Assembly: GCA_035438625.1 (NCBI GenBank)
Contig: DAORIS010000005.1
Location: 1-57,852, forward strand
DNA: 57,852 bases
Direction: 5' to 3'
DNA from: Minisyncoccota bacterium
GTDB taxonomy: Bacteria > Patescibacteriota > Minisyncoccia > Phycocordibacterales > DAORIS01
Shown: piece after piece, positions 35,149 to 42,129 of the stretch
Layout of the letters: every line of letters starts with the position of its first letter
Numbering within the stretch: position 1 is the stretch's first letter
Translations under genes and position numbers: made by a program
Notes under the pieces: generated by a model
What the model was told of the DNA's origin: nothing
Databases searched by the model: none
Seen by the model: the letters and a program-made list of their open reading frames with translations, nothing else

Positions 35149-35439
35149 ATGTCAACGCAACAACGAGGTCTCGGATCAGAAAATATGGATCCGCAGAAGA
35201 AACGCGAGATACAGAGTATGGGAGGACAAGCTTCCAGTGCGTCTCGCGTGCAAGATGATTCTGAAGAGCAGTCAGGACGTGGAAGAGGATCGGGAGGTAA
35301 TTTTGCAAACGATCCTGAACGTGCTCGAAGAGAAGGTTCTAAGGGTGGTCAAGCATCAGCACGTAGACGGCAAGAGAAGTCTATGGAAGATTCAGACCAA
35401 GAAGGGTACGAAGAAGATGACTTCTCTTCCCGAGATTAG
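35149..35439 (+). CDS. KGG-repeat stress-induced protein (YciG/GsiB-like)
   Basis: GGQASSAS ... GRGRGSGGNFANDPERARREGSKGGQAS matches the KGG acidophilic repeat pattern. An alternative in-frame TTG at 35113 sits behind GGAGG. Confidence 0.65.
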   Translation: MSTQQRGLGSENMDPQKKREIQSMGGQASSASRVQDDSEEQSGRGRGSGGNFANDPERARREGSKGGQASARRRQEKSMEDSDQEGYEEDDFSSRD

Positions 35440-35550
35440 AAACCGGACTAATTATCAGCTAATTAGCAGAGTGCCTCATATAATTTAATATTCTGATTTC
35501 TTCAGGAGGCAACCGAATCGTAATCGTTGACCGTCGCTATAGTCCCTGGA

Positions 35551-35575
35551 AACCGGCTCACAAGGCCGGTTTTTC
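35551..35575 (+). terminator. intrinsic terminator
   Basis: aaccggc-tcacaag-gccggtt followed by T5, about 110 nt after the KGG gene stop. Confidence 0.6.
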
Positions 35576-35615
35576 CATTGCAGGAGAAGATAATTCTGAT
35601 AGGCTGGAAAAATAT

Positions 35616-36746
35616 ATGCGTATCGCACTACTCATCCCGACATACAACGAGCAAAAAACCATTGCCGAGGTTGTTACTCGTGTCATTGAAACAATTTCTC
35701 CTCTACAGCAACATGCATTTTTTGTGGTGGTGATTGATGGTAATTCACCGGACGGAACAGCGCTTGAGGTTCGTAAACTTCAAACACAGTATCCAGATAC
35801 TGTTAAGTTGATTGTGGAAAAAGAAAAGAAGGGAATTGCCGCAGCGTATCTTGAGGGAATACAGTATGCAATCCACAACCTTTCTGCAGACGCATATCTT
35901 GAATTTGATGGAGATGGTCAACATGATCCTGTGTATATTCCTCACATGATTCGTGCCTTTGATGCGGGGTACGACTATGTTATTGGTTCAAGGTATGTCC
36001 CAGGAGGCAGTGTGCCAAGGGAATGGGCGCTCTATAGGCGTATTTTAAGTCGATTCGGAAGTTTATTTGCAAAGTTTGTACTCGAGTTGCCAATCAATGA
36101 CGTTACGTCAGGTTTGAAGCTTTCTCGCGTGAAAGGATTTGCAGAAAAGTTACCAAAAATTGTAGAAGATTTGATAACACGACATTATGCGTACAAAATC
36201 CAGTTACTGTATTTGATGTATCGATATGGTGCACAGGTTCGTGAAGTTCCAATTGCATTTAAGGTGCGTGAGCATGATGTGTCAAAAAGTACAGCGAAAG
36301 ACATCTTTGAATCAATGAGAGTTGTTCTGTTACTCCGTTTGCAAACACTCGGTTCTTGGAAGTTATTCCGAATTGGGTTGATTGGAATAGTGGGAATCAT
36401 TGTTCAGACCGTTGTCTTTGAACTCTTGGGTATTTCATATGAAATTGTTCGTCCAAGTATTGCAGCAGTTCTGGGTGGGGAATTGGCAATACTTTCTAAC
36501 TTTACACTTAATAACCACCTCACATTTAAAGGGACGGCAAATGCCATTGATTCACTTGTAAGGCGAATCGGAAAATTTCATCTCGTATCACTCGGCTCGA
36601 TTTGTATTCAGTGGGTATTGATATTTGCGACAGAACAAGTGACAAGTGACCCAACAATTTTGCGTTCTGCATACGCACTCGGAATTATCTTAGGGTTTTT
36701 CACTAACTACATTGGCTACACGTTGTTTGTGTGGAAGCGTCGCTAG
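35616..36746 (+). CDS. GT2 polyprenyl-phosphate sugar synthase (Dpm1/Ppm1-like) fused to a GtrA-like membrane domain
   Basis: IPTYNE, VIDGNSPDGT and DGDGQHDP motifs of Dpm1-type GT2 enzymes. The C-terminal ~130 aa form four helices, as in GtrA. Confidence 0.85.
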   Translation: MRIALLIPTYNEQKTIAEVVTRVIETISPLQQHAFFVVVIDGNSPDGTALEVRKLQTQYPDTVKLIVEKEKKGIAAAYLEGIQYAIHNLSADAYLEFDGDGQHDPVYIPHMIRAFDAGYDYVIGSRYVPGGSVPREWALYRRILSRFGSLFAKFVLELPINDVTSGLKLSRVKGFAEKLPKIVEDLITRHYAYKIQLLYLMYRYGAQVREVPIAFKVREHDVSKSTAKDIFESMRVVLLLRLQTLGSWKLFRIGLIGIVGIIVQTVVFELLGISYEIVRPSIAAVLGGELAILSNFTLNNHLTFKGTANAIDSLVRRIGKFHLVSLGSICIQWVLIFATEQVTSDPTILRSAYALGIILGFFTNYIGYTLFVWKRR

Positions 36747-38554
36747 TTAAACGCATAGACAGTAATTGAGCTTCCAATGACTGTTGTTGGTTCAATATCT
36801 TTGAGCCATAGGTATCCACTTTCTGTTGCCCACGCCTCTTTAAGTGTAGTGTAAGAGATAGCAATAACAGAATTAGTAGATTCTCGTCGCGCTAGAAAAT
36901 CTTCTAGAGAAGTATATTTTTCACGCCACAGTGGCGCGTATGCATCGCCTAGATAGTATTCTGGATCGGTACTTGTAAATAGGTCAGCTTCTACTAGGGG
37001 TATTGACTGTGAGTCCGCCCAAAACTTAAGGCGTAGTATGTCTTGTCCCCAATCAACATTTGAATCAGTTACGTACTCGTTGCCATGCTTTGACCCACCA
37101 GCGAATTTGTTGAAATAACTCAGATACGAAGGGAAAGTGATGAGTGCTTCAAGTATGTGCCACAGTAGGATAGCCATAAGTACTCCATATCCAAATTGTT
37201 TGTATGAATATGTTTTTATTCTTTTGATGAGTAACGTAATCGTGCCAGCTGTGAGGATAACAATGAAAGGATAGATTGGAAGAAGGTGACGAAGGCCAAT
37301 GTTTAGGTTTCCAAAGATTGATATTGCGCTATAGAGGATAATCCATAGAGCGATAGTAACTTCATCGATGTGGTAGTGAATATGTTCCCCGATGTTCATT
37401 TTTTTATTTTCTGTAATATGTCTACGTTTTACGAAATTGATTGTGCGGAAAATTCCATAACCAACTGAAACGAGAACGAGCGAAAGCCATGGAATGGTTT
37501 CTTTAAGAGAGTACAGAAGTGGAAAGTATGAGGCATGAGTTTCTGTCCCAACAGTGCCGAGGAAGTAGTGGGTATTTCCATCCTTTGTGCGGATACTGTT
37601 CATTGCCACTCCAAGTGCATATTGACTCAGTGGACGAAGCACTGACTTATCTGATGACCAAATAATTGGATAAAACACCGATGGAGCATTTTTAAGTATT
37701 GCTACTGTATCTTCATATTGTCGTGTGCCTTCGTACGAAGAAATATGAAAGGCATACAAGGGATAGATAATTCCAAAGCACGCAACAACATATATCAATA
37801 CTAATTTTGATGCATACTGTCCAAAGAGCTTTAGTTTTCCGCCACTCGGTGAGGAATATACATATATACACAAGAGGAGAAACAGAAAAGGAATAAGTAT
37901 CACCGCAGAAAATTTGGTGATCAGCGCTATTCCAAGTGTAACGCCAGCAAATATCGTACGTACAACTGTTGGGTTATGTAAAAATCGAACAAAGAAAAAT
38001 AGTGATATTAATACACCACAGAGTACCGCCATGTCATTTGTGACAAGTCGACTGTGGGCAAGAATGGTTGGAGAAAAACAAAAGGCGATTGTGGCAATGA
38101 GCGCAGCGAGGTATCCAAATCGTTTCTGTGTCCAGAGGTGTACAAGTATGGATGCGACAATAAAAAATACTATGAGTGGTATACGTGCTGCTCGAGTTAT
38201 GTTTTGAGTATTGTTTCCCGGTGCGAATAAAAAGTCATTTCCAAATTGCCACTGGTCATTGTGGTTAGTGGTCCACGAAGGATTTGAAAAGACAGATTGT
38301 TGTATTGGACCTGCAATGCCTAGAGTTAGAGGTAGTGCTGCAATGTCTTTAAAAAGTACCGGGTGCTCTGGGTTCAGGCGCATTTCTTGGGTTGCAAGAT
38401 ATGAGTATCCGGCGCCAATATGTGGTACTTCGTCAAAAGTTAATGAGTCATTCCAGGCACTGGTAAGTGCAATGACTGTTGCACTTACAATTAGGAGGAA
38501 TATAAGGCCGATTCGAGCCACACTATCTTCACGTAATGAATTCATGGTGTTCAT
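36743..38554 (-). CDS. PMT_2 / ArnT-like (GT39/GT83) polyprenyl-phosphate-dependent glycosyltransferase
   Basis: N-terminal DEVPHIGAGYSY loop motif and more than 10 TM helices. The stop codon shares the CTAG at 36743-36746 with the convergent GT2 gene. Confidence 0.8.
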   Translation of the reverse strand: MNTMNSLREDSVARIGLIFLLIVSATVIALTSAWNDSLTFDEVPHIGAGYSYLATQEMRLNPEHPVLFKDIAALPLTLGIAGPIQQSVFSNPSWTTNHNDQWQFGNDFLFAPGNNTQNITRAARIPLIVFFIVASILVHLWTQKRFGYLAALIATIAFCFSPTILAHSRLVTNDMAVLCGVLISLFFFVRFLHNPTVVRTIFAGVTLGIALITKFSAVILIPFLFLLLCIYVYSSPSGGKLKLFGQYASKLVLIYVVACFGIIYPLYAFHISSYEGTRQYEDTVAILKNAPSVFYPIIWSSDKSVLRPLSQYALGVAMNSIRTKDGNTHYFLGTVGTETHASYFPLLYSLKETIPWLSLVLVSVGYGIFRTINFVKRRHITENKKMNIGEHIHYHIDEVTIALWIILYSAISIFGNLNIGLRHLLPIYPFIVILTAGTITLLIKRIKTYSYKQFGYGVLMAILLWHILEALITFPSYLSYFNKFAGGSKHGNEYVTDSNVDWGQDILRLKFWADSQSIPLVEADLFTSTDPEYYLGDAYAPLWREKYTSLEDFLARRESTNSVIAISYTTLKEAWATESGYLWLKDIEPTTVIGSSITVYAFN

Positions 38555-38602
38555 ATGCTAACAGACTGTAACAGAAATTCTTTCGGTGTATACTTTTATA
38601 TT

Positions 38603-39082
38603 ATGAAACACATACTTATTTGGCTTGTGGCGATAGTGATTGTTGGTGCAGGAATTTTAACACTTGTCACTTCAAAACACTGGAATACTGAGCCTGAACC
38701 AACACCAGTCATTACACAAGATGGTCCAGGTCGCGTACGAGCTCCAGAAGAAAAAACATTGAAAGTGGGTGAGATCCAAGAGATTGCAGGACTCTCGGTT
38801 CGGTTCGATAGGTTTGTACAAGATAGTCGCTGCTCAGGTGATAATTGCCCTGAATATGGTGCTGTGGCACTAGCGGTGACACTTTCAGCAGGTGACAAGG
38901 TCTTGAGTCAAAACATTGCTTCAGACGGTGTGCCGTATGAGTTTGAAGGCTATGCAATTTCAATAGTTGCTATTAATCCACCTCGACCGACCGATCGAGA
39001 GCTTCGAGAAGATGAATACATGATTACATTCCGTGTTGCTCCATTGGCTTGGACAGATGTTCAAAATAATCAGGGAATATAA
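38603..39082 (+). CDS. hypothetical membrane-anchored protein
   Basis: ATG 38603 gives a TM anchor (ILIWLVAIVIVGAGILTLV) and a ~130-aa extracytoplasmic domain with CSGDNC. No family recognised. Confidence 0.55.
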   Translation: MKHILIWLVAIVIVGAGILTLVTSKHWNTEPEPTPVITQDGPGRVRAPEEKTLKVGEIQEIAGLSVRFDRFVQDSRCSGDNCPEYGAVALAVTLSAGDKVLSQNIASDGVPYEFEGYAISIVAINPPRPTDRELREDEYMITFRVAPLAWTDVQNNQGI

Positions 39083-39158
39083 CAATTAGTTGCTTTAGTC
39101 AAGTATCTACGGTAGTTTAGAGGTAGGTGTTCGAAACATTTTACATGGGAGGGCTCTA

Positions 39159-39668
39159 ATGAGTGCAGAATGGTTTCCTAATGCCGTACTTCATGGATGG
39201 GGTCGTCCCGTCCTTACACCCCAACTTCGTTTGTTACATAGGCTGTTATATCGGCCTAAGTATGTAAGTCACGTAACACCCATGCTCGTTGAGCGAGCAT
39301 TTGGTAAGGTCTTCGCAGATACTGACACGATTCAGGTAACTGAAAAAATTAAAACCGTTGATGAATCAGTGTGGTTTTTTGGAGCCCTGATCAATCATAC
39401 GTGTCACTCCGAAGCGATTGTCTCAGAGCAAAAGGCGATGATCCTGTTTCCGTACCCGTATGATTTCCATATCCGAGATAGGTGTATGTCTGTTCGTCAC
39501 ATGGCGCTCTATGTTACTGGTGACCACAATGATTTGTGGTTGTGGGAACAAAAGATCATGTGCCTTACTGGTTCATTAATTCTTGAAATGGAAGCTGAAA
39601 AAGGGAAGATTGTTTTACCGAAGGGAGGTGGTTATGAAGTCGACTGGGCAGATGATGACCTTGAGTGA
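39159..39668 (+). CDS. hypothetical protein (ORFan) with weak SET-domain-like motifs
   Basis: GGGAGGG SD 5 nt upstream of the ATG. Motifs LHGWGRPV and FFGALINHTCHSEA resemble the GxG and NHSC signatures of SET domains. This resemblance is low confidence. Confidence 0.55.
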   Translation: MSAEWFPNAVLHGWGRPVLTPQLRLLHRLLYRPKYVSHVTPMLVERAFGKVFADTDTIQVTEKIKTVDESVWFFGALINHTCHSEAIVSEQKAMILFPYPYDFHIRDRCMSVRHMALYVTGDHNDLWLWEQKIMCLTGSLILEMEAEKGKIVLPKGGGYEVDWADDDLE

Positions 39669-40107
39669 AAAAACTCAGAGTGTCATGGTGAACGCAAATA
39701 ACGAGGCACAAAGATCTGGTAGTGAAAATATTCAACTTATCCACGTGCTTATAGCAGTGCTTAGTGTTGAAGTGTTGAGTGGAAAGCATAGGGCAAGTGT
39801 TGTGCTATGGAACTTAGGTCACGCTATTGACACTATTCTCCGAGATGCGCGCCTCTGTGTTACTCCAGATGGAAGTGCAGTCCACTCTTCAAGATTGGAG
39901 AAAGCACCAGAAACCAAACAGGTGCTTATAATTGCGTCTGGTGTTAGTGCGGAATGCAATTACAAGGTGATACACACTGATCACATCTTGTATGGACTTG
40001 CTGTGTATGCAGAAAATAATCCCGAGGATGATGTTGGGGTGATATTTGCTCGACACTGCATTTCTTCCAAGGCTGTGAAAGATGAACTCAGTGTTGAACG
40101 TGAATAG
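39634..40107 (+). CDS. stand-alone Clp N-terminal (Clp_R) repeat-domain protein
   Basis: Two Clp_N repeats: LSEKTQSVMVNANNEAQRSGSENIQLIHVLIAVL and APETKQVLIIASGVSAECNYKVIHTDHILYGLAV. GGGAGG SD 5 nt upstream of ATG 39634. Overlaps the upstream ORF by 35 nt. Confidence 0.65.
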   Translation: MKSTGQMMTLSEKTQSVMVNANNEAQRSGSENIQLIHVLIAVLSVEVLSGKHRASVVLWNLGHAIDTILRDARLCVTPDGSAVHSSRLEKAPETKQVLIIASGVSAECNYKVIHTDHILYGLAVYAENNPEDDVGVIFARHCISSKAVKDELSVERE

Positions 40108-40118
40108 AACAATGTTTG

Positions 40119-40149
40119 GCCCCGGGAAAACCCCGGGGCCTTTTCTTTT
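40119..40149 (+). terminator. strong intrinsic terminator
   Basis: ggccccggg-aaaac-cccggggcc followed by TTTTCTTTT. Confidence 0.85.
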
Positions 40150-40184
40150 GTCATGACATCCGGTTTAATTCGTCATACATATAT

Positions 40185-41117
40185 ATGAAAAACGCAGCAC
40201 TGTGGATCGTTCTTGGTTTGGGAGTATTTATTATCGGTATTGGAGTATATGCATGGTCACAGGAACCGATACAGAAAGAACAGGTTGTAGATGTTTCTAC
40301 TTCAACTGTTGAAACCGAGGGTCTATCAACATATAAGGATCCTCAAGGTCAATTCTCCTTCTCATATTTAAGTGATTTTGATATTGCACCTGCTTCAGAA
40401 ATACAAGGGCAACCGTGGAGCATGATTGAGACAGATGGTGGAATACTACATGCAAAGGTTAATGTTCCGCGCTCAATACAACCGAATACTAATTTTGGCG
40501 ATGCTCGAATCACTGTTGGATCAACTGATGATCAAAATGCAGTGAGCTTATGTGCTACTGCTCCTACCAACACAACCTCTGGTGAAAATATCACCATTAA
40601 TGGAATAAAGTTTTTTAAAATTACACAGTCAGATGCTGGAGCTGGGCAATTTTATGAAACGGTAAGTTATCGAACTGTGTGGAATGAAAAGTGTTATTCG
40701 ATTGAGTACACAATTCACTCTTCAAATATTGGTGCATATGATCCAGGACAAGGAATCACAGAATTCAACCAAGATGTTGTTATTAATGTATTGGAAGGAA
40801 TGGTACAAAGTTTCACTTTTATTGAACTTGCAAACCAAACGTCATCATTTGACGGCATCCTTGCATGTCTTCCACATCGAGATGTAAGTGGTCCTGTAAC
40901 TATGGAGTGCACATATGGAATACAAACTGAATCAGGAACGTATTATGCACTTCACATGGATTCTATTCGCTCACAAAATATTTCAAGTATTGCAATTGGA
41001 ACAAAGGTACGTGTATCGGGCTCACTTGTTCCAGCCCTAGAATTAGAAACGAGTCGTGAATGGAAAATATATGCCATTGTGGGTATTATGAAAGTTTCTT
41101 CTGTTGCAAAGATATAA
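40185..41117 (+). CDS. membrane-anchored protein with a C-terminal CLPH...EC domain
   Basis: ATG 40185 gives a TM anchor (ALWIVLGLGVFIIGIGVYAW). The C-terminus GILACLPHRDVSGPVTMECTYGIQTESGTYYAL is paralogous to the repeats in gene 28136..28831. Confidence 0.65.
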   Translation: MKNAALWIVLGLGVFIIGIGVYAWSQEPIQKEQVVDVSTSTVETEGLSTYKDPQGQFSFSYLSDFDIAPASEIQGQPWSMIETDGGILHAKVNVPRSIQPNTNFGDARITVGSTDDQNAVSLCATAPTNTTSGENITINGIKFFKITQSDAGAGQFYETVSYRTVWNEKCYSIEYTIHSSNIGAYDPGQGITEFNQDVVINVLEGMVQSFTFIELANQTSSFDGILACLPHRDVSGPVTMECTYGIQTESGTYYALHMDSIRSQNISSIAIGTKVRVSGSLVPALELETSREWKIYAIVGIMKVSSVAKI

Positions 41118-41125
41118 AAAGAAAA

Positions 41126-41145
41126 GCCACCAAGAAATTGGTGGC
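41126..41145. terminator. bidirectional terminator hairpin
   Basis: gccaccaa-gaaa-ttggtggc. On the minus strand it is followed by TTTTCTTTTT. Confidence 0.6.
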
Positions 41146-41165
41146 ATTAATGTTTGAAATTTGGC

Positions 41166-41342
41166 TCAGTCTTGGGTATGGGCACGTGCCGCAACCTGCT
41201 CTTTGTCGTGAGTCAAACTTCGTGCGTCTTGAAGCTCCATCAAACGATATGTGATGGGACCAAGAATGAGTAGGGCAACAATTGCTGTGAGAATCGCGCC
41301 GCACCCAAAACCTAGAATCCATGACTCTCGGTTCGTTCTCAT
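41166..41342 (-). CDS. candidate 58-aa single-TM protein (below ORF-track cutoff)
   Basis: MRTNRESWILGFGCGAILTAIVALLILGPITYRLMELQDARSLTHDKEQVAARAHTQD. GAGGA lies 8-9 nt upstream, a TTGACA-17-TATCAT promoter lies further upstream, and a terminator follows. Preferred over the TTG-initiated ORF 41086..41430 in another frame. Confidence 0.5.
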   Translation of the reverse strand: MRTNRESWILGFGCGAILTAIVALLILGPITYRLMELQDARSLTHDKEQVAARAHTQD

Positions 41343-41401
41343 TGTGGATATCCTCGGCTGAGCCGAAAAGTAGATTGAATGTGCTAATTAACGCTGTGTG
41401 C

Positions 41402-41430
41402 ATGATAGCATATTTATCATCTATTGTCAA
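41402..41430 (-). promoter_or_regulatory. candidate sigma70-type promoter
   Basis: Minus strand reads TTGACA (41430-41425), 17-nt spacer, TATCAT (41407-41402). Confidence 0.45.
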
Positions 41431-41505
41431 GTATCAGGGATATGGTTAAAAACTTATAATTACATAAGTTATCAGCCGATCGAAAGATCTTAAACAAGTA
41501 CATAT

Positions 41506-42063
41506 ATGAAAAAACATTCACTACTCATCATTCCTGGATCTTTACGAGATGCGTCCTATAACAAAGGGTTGGCAAGAGAACTTTCGAAAATAGCATCTGA
41601 ACAAGGAATGGACGTTGAAATCGTTGATATTAGTACTATTCCGTTTTATGACCAAGATGAAGAATCTTCGTTTCCTAGTGAAGTGCAAGAGTTAAAGAAT
41701 AAAATTCGTGCGGCGTCTGGTGTGCTTGTGGTAACTCCTGAATACAATCGTTCAATTCCTGGAGTTCTCAAGAATGCGATTGATTGGACCTCACGACCAT
41801 ATGGAGATAGTGCGTGGGCAAAGAAGCCATTTGCTGTTATTGGTACAACTGTAGGTAACGTAGGTACTGGTCTTGCACAAATGCACCTCAGGCAGATCAT
41901 GTCGTATCTTGATGCACATACTATGGGTCAACCTGAAGCATACATAAGTGATGCAATGCATAAATTTGATGCAGAAGGGAACTTAACTGACGAAAATACA
42001 CGAACACACCTTGTTTCTTTTGTTGAGAAGTTTTCTGCTCACATGGCAATTTTTAGTAAATAA
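41506..42063 (+). CDS. NADPH-dependent FMN reductase-family oxidoreductase
   Basis: IIPGSLRDASYNKGLAR ... VVTPEYNRSIPGVLKNAIDW is typical of the family. Confidence 0.85.
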   Translation: MKKHSLLIIPGSLRDASYNKGLARELSKIASEQGMDVEIVDISTIPFYDQDEESSFPSEVQELKNKIRAASGVLVVTPEYNRSIPGVLKNAIDWTSRPYGDSAWAKKPFAVIGTTVGNVGTGLAQMHLRQIMSYLDAHTMGQPEAYISDAMHKFDAEGNLTDENTRTHLVSFVEKFSAHMAIFSK

Positions 42064-42084
42064 TTAGTTTGTAGGGTAATAAAA

Positions 42085-42108
42085 AAACCGGTTTTAAACC
42101 GGTTTTTT
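42085..42108. terminator. bidirectional intrinsic terminator
   Basis: A-run, aaaccgg-ttttaaa-ccggttt, T-run. Lies between convergent genes. Confidence 0.7.
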
Positions 42109-42129
42109 ATTTTCAATAATTATTTTGTT

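Noticed and set aside
35500-35520. aatcgtaatcgtt resembling a half Zur-box upstream of the GT2 gene
   Set aside because: Only one half-site is present and there is no palindromic partner. It lies inside the 3' region of the KGG gene transcript, before its terminator.
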